Made by a program: the position numbers and the translations under genes
Assembly: GCA_000934665.2 (NCBI GenBank)
Contig: JYFJ02001980.1
Location: 1 to 64,000, forward strand
DNA: 64,000 bases
Origin: Catajapyx aquilonaris
Taxonomy: Eukaryota
Direction: 5' to 3'
The notes under the pieces: model-generated
The model's database searches: none
What the model saw: the letters and a program-made list of their open reading frames with translations, nothing else
What the model was told of the DNA's origin: nothing
In this document: positions 1 through 11,965 of the stretch, one piece after another
How the letters are laid out: each line of letters opens with the position of its first letter
Numbering within the stretch: the first letter of the stretch is position 1

Positions 1-460
1 AGGCCACCAGGGGTCACCCACCGTGACCCCACGTCCAGATATGTTGAGATGTGTTCAAAGAACTACCGTACCGCGTTTCACGTTTTTATCACCGAATAGT
101 GCAAGCTCCCAATTCACATGATCCTCGCAGAGATGTATGTTTGGTCCGTTAGATCTGGCAGCCCTGCAAGTGACCCACAGCGGGGTCAGTCATCATGGCC
201 CCACATCCAGCCATGTTCAGAAGTGTCCAAAGACCAATTGTGGCGAATTTCATGTTTTTGTCACCCAATACAAGGTCCTAAAAGGATGCTGCATCTGGTA
301 GTTATGGAAACCCTGCGAAATGGACCACCACCGGGGTGGGTCATCGTGGCTCCACGTCCAGATATGATCAGAAGTGTCCAAAGGACAAGTGTACCGAGTT
401 TCATACTTTTGTCACAAAATGCAAAGTTTGGGTCAAATTTGTCCCTTAGCACCTGGACTA
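1..460. repeat. Three degenerate ~155-bp direct repeats, probably the end of a non-autonomous DNA element
   Basis: The motif CCACRTCCAG..ATG.TCAGAAGTGTCCAAAG...TTTCA.G/A.TTTT.TCAC recurs at ~29-95, ~200-266 and ~352-417. Confidence 0.55.
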
Positions 461-689
461 CTTGGGATTTTCTCGAAACTGGTTTGTTGGACTTATTGAA
501 TATCTCCTGCCCAAGATACATATGGTTTTTTAAAAATTTTATTTTAACACTCTCCAGATTTAATAATACAGTTACAATTTTGGACTTGTACACAATGTTA
601 CTTATAGGTTAGAGTAGCTGAAATAACTGGAATGGGTCCGTCAGGTTTCTTCTCTCGAAGGAAACACAGGCTCCCTTAATTTCAATTTG

Positions 690-902
690 CAACATTGTTT
701 CTTCTTTATAATTATAGGCTGTGCTGGTTCTCAGTGCTCCGCCCCCAGGACACTGGGCATCGGGTGTGATTATGTCAAAGATCTATTTACTTCCAAGCAG
801 GGACCCCTCTTATTATTATTAGTGTTCTAAAATGTACGGGATGTAAGTCCCTCATTGCGCCGATGCAATGAGGTAAAATAAATTGATTGACTGATTGAAA
901 AC
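690..902 (+). mobile_element. 5'-truncated retroposon 3' end (LINE/SINE stub)
   Basis: Perfect 9-bp stem CCTCATTGC-GCCGAT-GCAATGAGG (850-873), AATAAA (877-882), (ATTG)n-like tail, and a flanking direct repeat TTCAATTTG at 681-689 and 903-911. Confidence 0.5.
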
Positions 903-1654
903 TTCAATTTGGATTTAAACATGCAGTCATACGAACTAAGTGTAGTATTTTTATATAACTACCTCCGACAGCTCTAATCTTCCATTTCGAATTTTTTATG
1001 CTGATTATATTCTTCGAGTTACAGAAGTTTCATAAGTTTTCATGCTCGCTAATAGAAGGGCATGCTTTATTTCGGGTATCATTGGCACTGCTCCTCACAA
1101 CATATTGATTATGATTATTGATTATGATTACAATAACTATGCTATGTGATTAAAATACAGTGTTTTGTAACTAACCGTTTCGCATTTTATCACCACTAAA
1201 TCGATTTAGTGGTTGGGACATATCAGTTATAATAATTATTATGGACAAATACACAATGTAACTAGGTTAGCGTAAATAACTTATATACAGGAGGTTTTCT
1301 TCTCTAGAAGTATAGACACAGACTACCTTAACTTCAATCTGGACTAAAACCTACAAACTGTACGTACTGTACAACGATGACAATTTTCTAACTACCTCTA
1401 GCTTCCAAATCTCGAGATTCTCACGATTCGAGTTATGGAAGTTTTGCAGGGCTAAGAATAGGACATGCTCTCTATTAAGTGCAACATTGCCGTGGCTTCT
1501 CAAGCCCTTAATTATGATAACAATAACGATACTATCTGGTTATATACAGTTTTTGCACTTTCCAACACCGCTAAGTCTGTCTAGCGCGGTTGGGTTACAT
1601 GGCAGTTACAAGTTTGGATTTGTTACACAACTTGCTGCACAATAACTGGTATTA

Positions 1655-1805
1655 CAGTACCATCAGTCCAAAAAGAACTTTCCCAGTCATCCTGATGTGT
1701 GTGCTGCCCGCTCGACACACACCATGTAACTTACATGGTGTGTGTCAAGCGGCCTGCCCACACGTCAGGATGACTGGGAAAGTTCTTTTTGCACTGTTGA
1801 TACAA
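1655..1805. mobile_element. Palindromic MITE, Tc1/mariner-like
   Basis: Near-perfect ~70-bp inverted arms centred on base 1730 with a 1-nt loop; TA flanks and a CAGT start. Confidence 0.7.
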
Positions 1806-2606
1806 TACATCAATTTTCTTCTTTAGAAGTGGACGCAGACTACTTTGACTTCAGTCTATACTAAAACCTATAGTTATACATATTAGTGCAGCATATTTCT
1901 AACTACCTCTAGCTCTGATCTTCCTAATTTCAAAGTTTTCGTGCTGGTTCACGATTAGAGTTAATTATAGGAGTTTCACACATTTTCATAATGGCTAAGG
2001 TCGAGTGACATGCTCTATTATTTCGTGCAACATTGCCACTTCTCCTCAAAGCGTAGCAGGTTGATTATGATAACAACAACTATGTTATGTGATTATATAC
2101 ATTTTTTGCAATGAACTTTTGCACTTTAAACCTGTAAGTGGTTGGCGAATAGTTACAATTTCGGAATTTTCACACAATGTAACTTAGGTTAGACTGAATG
2201 ACTGGTATACAAAGCAAGATTTCGTCCCTAGAAGTAGACTTACAGTAGACATTTAGTTATAACAATATTATGTGTGTACACTACAAAGTGTAGAATATTT
2301 TCTAACTTATACCTCTAGCTCTAATCTTCCAAAACTCACATTTTTCGTGCTTGTCTTACGATTAAAGTTATGGAAGTTTCACACCGGTTTTCATTCTCGC
2401 TAAGAGAATGACATGCAACATTGCTTTAGCTTTCTATCATAGCTAAAACTGCTTAGTGATTGATGTATAGTGGTTCCTATCAAAGGAACTGAACCTTTTT
2501 ACGAGTTATTTGAATAGGATACGTTATGCCAGCTTCTTTGCTTCACCGGACCTGGTGACTTGCTTCTGGAAGACCATTCCTACGATACTGATATTTGACT
2601 TTACCA

Positions 2607-5600
2607 TTACCAAATTTTGCATTTGGCAGCAGGATTCATGTTGGATCCCTCTGGACATTGAAAATCCTTGGCAAATTCTTCAATGTTGGAGATTGATCCT
2701 ATGATCCGGTACTTCTCTGGAGCGTGGGTGTCAGCCAGTGTGTTTGCAATATGATCCCGACGAACTTTGGTGCAAGTGACGGAAGCGTAGCTGATCCAGA
2801 AGATTTGGTTAGGGGTGTAGGACATACCAGGGAGACTGCCTTCTGCTTCGTTTTGTTTTTGCCAGGTTTGGTACGCCTTGTAAGCAAATCGTACCCCTGC
2901 GTTGTCAGCGATGTTTTCGTCCAAGGTCAGAGCACCGTTCACCTGAAGTAATTAAGCGAATAACTCTACTTCTCATTTAGCTACTAATATTAGGTTGCTT
3001 GGGCCCATCCTTTCAAGATGGTGTATGTCTCCAGGAATATATGATATGTATAAAATTGGAGAGTAATGTACAGCTCATGAGGCTTACCTTCATGGAATTG
3101 ATCTGGTATTTTCCGTATTGTCGTACGAAACAGGCTGCTTTCTTTGCGAACATTTTCTTGGCCTTTCCTCCCCACCAGTTATTCAGTGCTCCGTATTTGT
3201 CAAACTTGCTGCCCATGGTGTCGAATCCATGCATGATTTCGTGGCCCAGAATTGATCCAAGGATGGCGAAATTCAGGTAGCGTGGACGATCCAGGGAGAA
3301 GAAGGTGTCGGTCAGGATTGCAGCTGGGATATCTGCCATGGTAAATACCGATTCGTCAATTTATAAAAAAAGATGGTCGTGCTGATCTGTATTGCCCCTT
3401 CCCATCTGTGTAATGTAAACCAACCTAAAGTGTAAATGCAACATAATGATAATGTTACTTACCAACAGTATTTGTGACATAGGTGTTGTAGGCGTTGACA
3501 TCAGTCACTCTCTGCCGCATTAACCAGTCTCTCTTTTCGACCTGGAGTCGAAGTGCTCCCAAGCTCTGATCAGGGTAGAAGTACTTCTGGGTCATGTAGT
3601 TCAGGAAAAAGTTATCAGTCATGCTAATCTGAAAAGACATGACAAATTTTATGAAAGCAATGTCTGAAGGTGTGGCAATATTTACAAAATGTACAGGGCG
3701 ATGCAAAATATTTTTCCTGTTGCTGTCGTAATGTTCTCACTAAGGTTCTTATTTATTAAGCATTTACTTTTAGTGGTTATTAAAAGTATTAACTGACACT
3801 ATTATCCCAAATTGAGTCATCTTTCTCAGTTCTGAATTGCAGTGCATTTCCTATTGAGAATGGGCACAAAAAATGCAGGCTTTTCAAACACATCCTAACA
3901 GTAGCAGATAATACTTTGGACACCCGTTAAGACAATTCAAAAGTAACTGCTTAAAATAAACAGCTTAGTATGGTACAAAAATTACAACAACAGTCGGAAA
4001 AGTATTTTGGATCACCGTGTGTCAAAATAATGGTGTCTAATACAATCTTACCCCTTCATAAACCGAGTCCAATAGGGAGTCCTGAAGGAATTCAACAGGA
4101 TAGCCAACCATTTGATCCATCGATGTAGCCTTCTGGATTGCAAGTTGCCTGTAAGGGGTAAATAATTAACATTAATTTAGTTTTATATTACATATTAGTC
4201 TGCCTGAAACAAACTTTGTCTTGTCGTCCATCCAGTCCAGTTGGCGAACAGATTCAGAAAACTCATTCCGAATGCGGGAGAACATGTTAGCTGTCCTGTA
4301 CTTGATGTCGTCACGGAAATACTTCTTGATATAGAGAGCACCTATAGCATCGGGAAAGCTGCCAAAATAAATCAGATGTAGGCTACTGTACAGTACTTCT
4401 AGTATAGTAGGCCTACAAGGTAAGCCAGTGGACTCTAGTTACCCGTCATTGGTGAGACGGACGCATTCCTTCCAACGTGGCTTGTATTCCGAAATTCCCA
4501 GGTATTCCTGCAGGTACTGGTCATGTATTGTTTTCAGTTTTCCTCCGAATATTCCGACCAGTTCCTCCAAAAGGTCCAACACCAGAGCATTTGCCACAAC
4601 TCTGATCAAAAAAGAAATATTCTTGTCAGCGTATTATATACTTATTAATAGTAAACCAAAATAGTGTTAGGGTACCTGGTGTCAGTGTTTTCGAGGAGTG
4701 TCTTCAGTTGATCAAGGTATTCAGGGTACTTGACGGTAACTACCTCATGATCCATGATGCATTCTGACCCACGTGGCATGAGTGAGGTCAGAAATCTTTT
4801 CCATTCCATTGCCGGATACTGGTCTTCGAGTTCACCAACTGTTATTGGGTTGAATCCTAGTTGCTGGTTCTGGGTGTTCCCAATCGCAGTTATTGCCTGT
4901 CAGAATGAAGGAATGATATTAGGGATTGTTTTTGTCATTTGGCTTAGTCGGGCCCACATTTCGTATCTTGTTTGATGTTTGAGTGTTATTAACAGTGTGG
5001 GGTCTTTAGCAGTGTACAATTATTGTAATCAAAATTGGTGGTCTGCGATAAATTATTAGGGAATAAGTTTGATAACAATCAACTAATAATAATTCTGCTA
5101 ATTATGCAATAATTTCATATTATTTATTGATATTGTCACTCATACGAAAAACTCATTATGTAACGTATGTTACTGGTAGTTATTGTAGATATGTAACTGG
5201 AGAGAGTCGCCGTTGTCTGAAACATGATCTCGAAACCTGCCAGTGGAGAAAGAAGACATGGCAACCAAATCCCCTTTCTATTTGGTTATCGAAGGTATAA
5301 AAACTGTATACACGTGACTTTACCTTAGGGACCGTCCATAAATTAGGTAGGCACGTTTTTCACTTTCTTCAATCCCCCCCCCCTCCCCTCCATTAGACAC
5401 TTGTATATGTATGATACACTACCCCTTTTATTTACATGTAGCCTACAATAAGCCTGACGCCGGTTAAAACCCTGTAATGCCCCTTGGGTCATATCTGGCA
5501 CACCATTTAGTGCAATTTGGCACACTTACAGAAAATATAAAAATTGCACTAAATGGTGTGCCAGATATGACCCAGTGGGCATTACTTAGATTAGTGGCAT

Positions 5601-8600
5601 TACAGGGTTAATTGGTTCAAAATCACAAATCCTACTATAAAAGCTGTNCCCTTGATGTACACTCATGTACAATTGAGAACCCACCTCCCCCCCTTTCCTG
5701 TCTACGTAATTTATGGACGCCACCTTACATTATTCTCCCAAACATATTAAAATTCAGGAGTAGCATGAGAGCGTATAAAGTCGTTTTAGACTTTTTCGAG
5801 AAAAAAAGGCTTATATAACGGTCTGTCTGTCTGTCTGTCTGTCTGTCTGTGAACAGATATCAGGCTGACAGACAGAGCACGTATATGTGAACGCACCTTT
5901 TTTTCGATTTTCGGTTTCCGGGTTCACTCTATCCGCCGCCTCCCCCCACCACCCCTTTCCCCCCACCCCCCCCCCCTGCCCCTGACCGCCCATTCTCCCC
6001 AGACCGTCCCTTTCCCCCTGACTTATTCCCAGTCCCCTCACTGCCCGGCCTCCCCAAGATCACCCTTTCTCCCCTCCATCTTTCTACCCCATGATACCTG
6101 ATACCTGTCCACAGACGGACGGACGGACGGACGGACAGAGCCTTGCTATAACTTAATACTTTTTTCTATCGATGAAAAAAGGTCTAAAATATGGGTTTGC
6201 TAGGATGTATTTTTTAAAGGGGGAAAGGGGCGGTAGGATGAGGGATGGGGGGAAAGGGTAAGTCCATTTTTGGCCGAAAATGAGTTATGGGTGGTTTCAG
6301 GTTTAGTCCCAATACAGTGACGGACGTTGGGGACAATAGCAGTAAACATGAAGCTCCCGTGATTTGCCAATCTTGTTTCTGCTAAATACTGTATAATTCA
6401 ATATTCCCATTGGCTACCTACCTGAAACAAGTCGTTTTCAAATGCCATCACTTCCGCAATTGCCCTGCGAGCCATGCCCCAGTCTGCCCCGAAGGACTCA
6501 GCTACTTGGACGCGGAAATCGTATGTGGCTTGAGCCTTTCTACCCGGGATTGGAGGTGCAGAATATGGTGGGCTGATCTGAAGTTGAAAGTGCTTTCAGT
6601 TGCAGTACAAGTACAAGTAAAATGCTGGTTGGATCATAAGACACTATTTCTTGCCAGTTTATTTAAAAACATAGTACCCTAAGTTGTGACCTACCTCAAT
6701 GATGAATTGGCTGATATTTACGATGTTAATTTGCAAGTCAACTTTCAGCAGCAGGTTGCTACTTAATCCAAAAGTCCGAGCCTTGGCCATAAAGTCTTTC
6801 CAGTCAAACCTGGTGTAGTCCCAATAGTCTCCCATAATCACAGGCCAGCCTCCTAATTCCTCGACCAATTCTTCCAGGGAACTCGCGCTGAAACTCTCCA
6901 TTTGAGCTGTGAACAAAAAGTTTTTAAATCATGAACATTACTAATCCCCAACTCTCATATTTCGGACCAGGCCCCGCTCACTCCCCCCCTTTTTGCGTGA
7001 GCTTAGCTGATCTCCCCCACTAAGGCGGGTTTGCCACAGTGGAGCTAGGATCACGTATCAAGATAGGTGGCGCCCCCACTAGCGGGCAACTCTGAACTAT
7101 TTCGTTCGACTCCGATAGGCTGGAGTAGTACAGGAGGCATCTACTACTCCAACCAATCAGAATCGAGCTAAATGTTTCAGAATTGCTCGCTAGTGGCGGC
7201 GCCACCTATCTTGGTGCGTGATCCTAGCGCCGCCCGTGGCCAACCCCCCTTGATGCGGGAGATCAGCTAAGTAAGCTCACGTGGGGAGCAATGTATAAGA
7301 TATACGAGTGACTGGGGACTGTGTCGGACTTAGCACATCGAGTTTCTTTGTGAGTCGATCATTGGACCCTTCCAGAAATAACAATGAGCTATCAGCCAAA
7401 TATTATTGTGGACACTCGTTCACGTGTGGCAAGTAAAACATGCCCAGGTAGTGGTACTCACAAGATATTCCGGTACAGCCGTACAGGAATAAACCAGTGT
7501 TCGCAATAATATTTTGGCCTATAGCACATGAGTCTTACATACATGCGTTCATGCAGGATTGGTAGAATATTTTGGCTAGCTGTGCATATTTCGGATCATC
7601 CTCGCTGTTGAATTCTTCCAGTATGTCACGAATTAGGTATTCTATCCTATCTTGCGCGAGGGTAATCAAGGACACTTCGGTGTCATAGGGATTGATGTCT
7701 TGTTTCTTCATAAATCCACCGCATGAAAACTCGTAGAAATCCTCGCAAGGGTCAACAGTCTGGTTCATGTTTCGTAGTAGTTCAGAGGCTGAAAATTTGG
7801 GAACATGCCGATCAATGCATGTGACCATTGGACAGTTCAATTTATCACCTTTGCATATGCATCCAGTTGTCAGACACACTCCGGTTGATTTTCCTCTGGA
7901 TATTATCGAAGATTCTAGAGTATTAGAGATGGTTATCGTCAATTAGGCCTGTGTGTTTTTAAATAGGAAAGATCATACATACCAATAGTTGACACATGGT
8001 ACTGGTGGTCCACTGCCAGAAACACAGACTCAAAAAGTGCAACAAGCATAATGATACTTATTGTAGTAGTCAGTGCTATCTCATTGCGAGTGTAGCCAAA
8101 GAATATTGGTACCCTGAAATAGAGTGCAATACTCATTAGTCACACAGAGGAAGGTGCATGTGCAACTACAGTATATGGGAAATAGAAAGTATATAAGTTA
8201 TAATTTATAATAATAAAATAATAATAATGGATATCCCGTGATAGGCCTCCTTGGGCCTCTTAGGGGACCATCTTTTAAATACCGACTTTAATCATTGCCT
8301 GCGCTGTGATGGATTTTGATAGTGGGAGGAAACGGGAGAACCCCGAGAAAACCCACTGCGAACACGGAGAGAACCCATCGAAACTCTATCCACATACGTA
8401 TCCTCCGTCCGACCCGGGGATCGAACTCGGGGAAGGATGTGGCGCTAACCACTCCGCCACCGACACGCCCTTATAAGACATACACTTCCTAAAATACTGT
8501 ATAATTATTTCCACCCTTAACTAATTTTTTTTTTTTGGAAATTGGATTTGTCGAGTTTTGGAAGAAGGCGCCTCAAGTGACACATAAATGAACCATAGGC

Positions 8601-9369
8601 TGTAAGTTTAACTGGGCAAGTTATAACAGTCGTTTCGTAGTCAGAATAAAACAGATAATATATTAGGCCCAAACGGAATCTTACGCACATAATACTGTAG
8701 TATTCATTAAGGCAAGCCATTGTATACATTATAATGTTTCTGAAGTGACCGCAGATCACAGTCACACTGTATGTAACGTAGCTACAGTAGTTCACGGACA
8801 TTTGAATGGGCCAATAAAACAAGGGAAGAAGCCGAGCGGGGTATGGATGCAAAATATGATTTTATAAGTGAAAACAAAATTATACAGTATGTCCCAAGTA
8901 GCGGGGTCCTTTCAGTTATCGCAACTTTCGCCGGAAGTTGCTATAATTATGTGGCGTTTTCCGCCCCAATCTAGGTGCTCAATTATTTCTACTTGCGGTC
9001 GAATATAGCAGCTGGTGATATTAAGTGTTATTTATCACCTATAAATAATTGAGCACCTCGATCGGGGCGAAAAAAGCCACACAAAAATAACAGCTTCGGG
9101 CAAAATTTGCGACAACTTAAAGGACCCAGGTACTTATTGGAACTTTGGAATACACTGTAGGCTACGGATTCACCGCACTCCATATAACCCTGAAAGGACC
9201 ATCCCAACAATAAGTGGCACGTGGCACTGTACTGTACACGTGTAATTCCAATTCCACGAACAGTTAATAAATTAATTAACCCACATTCCAAATACTACCT
9301 CAGCCTTTGTTCCTTTTGGTCTTTCACTTTCTCGAACCATTGTAAGTTTTGTGAAAAGAAATTAAGATC
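2607..9369 (-). CDS. Neprilysin-like M13 zinc metallopeptidase, type II membrane protein (multi-exon)
   Basis: In-phase GT-AG exons: 9369-9299, 8113-7983, 7914-7849, 7788-7543, 6906-6695, 6577-6422, 4896-4676, 4601-4443, 4358-4215, 4148-4052, 3628-3463, 3332-3088, 2942-2607. A tentative ATG exon lies at 10268-10233. Motifs: N-terminal hydrophobic anchor, CLTTGC, VDPCEDFYEFSCGG, LGGWP, LDWMD, VNAY, GHEIMHGFD, ENIADNAG, DTHAPEKYR, C-terminal CKIW. Confidence 0.93.
5328..5724. mobile_element. PIF/Harbinger-like MITE
   Basis: Terminal inverted repeat GGGACCGTCCATAAATTAGGTAG / CTACGTAATTTATGGACGCCACC with TTA on both flanks. Confidence 0.7.
5464..5611. mobile_element. piggyBac-like palindromic MITE nested in the Harbinger-like MITE
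   Basis: TTAA..CCCTGTAATGCC...GGCATTACAGGG-TTAA termini; internal arms TGGGTCATATCTGGCACACCATTTAGTGCAATTT are inverted. Confidence 0.7.
5783..6190. mobile_element. Inverted pair of DINE-1/HINE-like (Helentron-associated) ends with GTCY microsatellites
   Basis: Left end TTTTAGACTTTTT..AAAAAAG followed by (GTCT)n; the right end is the reverse complement of a similar end with (GTCC)n; the interior is C-rich. Confidence 0.5.
6996..7281. mobile_element. Foldback/palindromic MITE in a neprilysin intron
   Basis: ~130-bp inverted arms (CGTGAGCTTAGCTGATCTCCC...CAAGATAGGTGGCGCC...GGAGTAGTA versus TACTACTCC...GGCGCCACCTATCTTG...GGGAGATCAGCTAAG) around a ~12-nt loop. Confidence 0.75.
8200..8470 (-). 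mobile_element. tRNA-derived SINE with a V-domain-like central region
   Basis: Minus strand shows A box TGGCGGAGTGG, B box GAGTTCGATCC, central GTTCTCTCCGTGTTCGCAGTGGGTTTTCTCGGGGTTCTCCCGTTTCCTCCCAC and a (TTA)-rich tail. Confidence 0.75.
8893..9140. mobile_element. Foldback MITE with a CCCAAGTAGC terminus (CMC/EnSpm-like)
   Basis: ~95-bp imperfect inverted arms; the same terminal motif as the element at 38605-38718. Confidence 0.6.
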
Positions 9370-10944
9370 CTACAAAACTGCCTCTTTTAAGCTCAAAAGG
9401 AACCTCAAGATTATTGTTCTTCCGGCTGTGCCTTGCCCACGCACAACCGCGCTAACACCAAAAGCAGTCAGTAGGCTTTATGTGGCGCAACAGCAGCGGC
9501 AGCTATACTGCAGAAGCCAGAAGAGTTCCGGTGAACTTAATATACCACCGCACCGTCCCTTTTATGAAACAAAATCTTTCCTGCAGAGTCTATATCCAGA
9601 TGCTTTGAATTGAAGTGACTGGGTGGCTGATTGTGGAGATAGTAGATTAGTATAGGTATTAGGCAGGCAGGTAGGATGTGTGGGTATAAAAGGTGGCCAT
9701 TGGAAGAAGCCTGTTAGCAACGGATGATCGTGTGTAGGAAGACAATGCCATCAATCAGGGGTGTCGATATAGCTATATACGTATACATATCGTGGGGTAG
9801 CTGGGGCAACACGAGGCTCAACTACGGGAAGCCTTATATTTTAATTACAAAAACTTCGAAGTATTCCACGGCTGATGTGGTCCCGTGCGAGGCACGGAGT
9901 TACTGATGGTTGTGCTATATTTTTACCGGTTTATAGGAGTCGGAGCAGAGCTCAGTTTTTTTTTGCGCGCCGGTGTTAAAAATGGAAGCTCCATATACTG
10001 TAGGCTACAGTATAACCAACTAATAGTAACTGAGCATCTATAGCATGTCTATAGTCGTGGAAGTAGCTGAAAGATAATAGTATCATGAAGGGACGTGACA
10101 GCACAGGAGTAATGGTTAGAAAATAATGTGATTTGTTGTTAGTTTGGTATGCTATATGACAAGAGTTGGCATGTTGTGTACTGCGTAACCATCATCAATG
10201 GCAATTGTCTCAAGCATTTCTAGAATAATTACCGTACGTTCTTTCTGCGAAGAAAACAGCAGCTGCATGCTTATCAACCTTCATACTCGAGCATTCTTTC
10301 GGAGCTTGGGAATGCCACGCACAAAAAAACAAGCTAATTAATATCATACATGTTATTTGTGAAACTGATAACAAACCGCAAAACACATGGTGTGAATCAC
10401 TGTAATCGTCGACTTTTTGAATATGCATATTAATTCAACTTTTTCAATCTTTACAATTATTTACATGATTCTGACATGTACAGCTACAGATAATTGTGAA
10501 ATAAAATAAATTAATTCTACAGTAGATAATGAGCATGAACTCGGTATGAAATTGCGTAACCATGGCGTTAATTAACCTGTCGACTACTCCTGTTGTCTAT
10601 CACCGAATAATTATGCTTAGTACCCATATAGCTTCAAAGCATGCTCTGGCCTCCAGCCCTGACGAGTACTGTAGGAAATCAAATATAACTCCACCTTGAT
10701 AATTATAGATTGAGCCTCGATTTTGCTTCTTTACGGCTTCCAGCTGACACCGAATCTCTATCGACATTTCAAACTACTGATACTGTACAGTACAGTGGTC
10801 CAGCTACTTATCAGCCACCCACGACGTTACGCATTACATAACAACTCGCGCGAGGTTTCCCAGAATATATTCCCCTCTATGAAATCAAAGGAGTTCGAGC
10901 TCAGACCATCTCCAGTTGCAATCTACATTTGGATGATGTTATGT

Positions 10945-11228
10945 TTTTTGCCTGGAACTCTTTGCTTTTCATTTTACTGTGCTCTTTGGGATAGGATAGG
11001 GACGGAAGGAAGCAGCTGTGGCCTATTAATTACGGAAGCAACTCCGGAATTTTCCTGGAAGGACCGTGGGAAACCACAGAAAGCAACGGTCAGAGTTGCC
11101 GGCCCCGGGATTCGAACCCAGGACCTCCCGATTAGCAGTCGGACGCCTTATCCACTATGCCAACCTGCTTCGTATTTTTTTTTTTTTAAAAATAATTCAT
11201 ACCCCGTTATCAGCCATCGGCTCTTTAG
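10945..11228 (-). mobile_element. tRNA-derived SINE, rearranged copy of the family at 58461-58800
   Basis: A box TGGCATAGTGG, B box GGTTCGAATCC, body highly similar to 58461-58690; the 3' terminal segment lies upstream of the head. Confidence 0.8.
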
Positions 11229-11391
11229 TTTGGTGTTATGTAATAATTGGTCAATCCACACAAATGTCAAAATTGAGTTAATATAACATACACTCAAAGG
11301 ATAGTACTTCATTCAGTTAAAATCGAGGTGGCGAAGTCTGCATACTTCTGCCACAAATGACTGAAAAGTTAACTCACAAATAATGGTGTGC

Positions 11392-11640
11392 ATGGACGGT
11401 GTTATGCGATAATTTGTCAACCTACAAAAATGTCAAAATTGAGCTACGCCCAGGAACATTATACCTAAAGGATCCTACTTCATGCAGTTAAAATCACGCT
11501 GGTGAAATCTGCATACTTCTGCCATAAATGACCGAAAAGAACACTGAATGAATTTCACAAGCATGACCTTCAAAGCCCTTCTTCTTAAAACTACTGTTGT
11601 TCTCATGTGGGTTGACTAATTATTGCATAAAACCGTCCAT
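11392..11640. mobile_element. MITE, with a partial tandem copy at ~11232-11370
   Basis: 35-bp terminal inverted repeat ATGGACGGTGTTATGCGATAATTTGTCAACCTACA / TGTGGGTTGACTAATTATTGCATAAAACCGTCCAT; the left ~140 bp are duplicated immediately upstream. Confidence 0.65.
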
Positions 11641-11965
11641 TTACAAGCACTTGTAGCGGGTTAAAAAGGAAAGAAACCGCTGCGATAATAGGAAGGATGA
11701 AAGGACTGGATCTATTCAGACCCATGCTTATTTTTAGAACCACGCCGCATCTTTTTGTTAGTTCCAGGAAATTTCTTCGAAAACATATCGACCGCGAGCT
11801 ATAGAATCACAACAATACTAATGTGTATATTCTGTTAACTAAGCCCCCTTATCAGAGGGGTACTACTCAATAGGAAATACACAGTACTGGCCGGTGGAGG
11901 TTGCATGATAATGAAATTATTGCTAACGACTATTATGCTCTTGGATGTATAGTACTGTACAAGAT

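Larger units (their letters stand above)
565..2430. repeat. Degenerate tandem array of ~400-bp units (4-5 copies) interrupted by insertions
   Basis: The blocks GTTACAA.TTTGGA.TT..ACACAA, TTTCTTCTCTAGAAG, TTCTAACTACCTCTAGCTCT.ATCTTCC and GATTATGATAACAA.AAC recur with ~400-bp spacing. Confidence 0.65.

Noticed and set aside
118..612. 164-aa and 110-aa ORFs
   Set aside because: They lie in a degenerate repeat and show no domain similarity or splice support.
10937..11241. TGTTATGT as a TSD of the permuted SINE
   Set aside because: The right copy overlaps the TIR of the adjacent MITE fragment and the left copy resembles SINE sequence, so it is not secure.
10723..11286. 187-aa ORF
   Set aside because: It spans the antisense strand of a SINE and transposon fragments.
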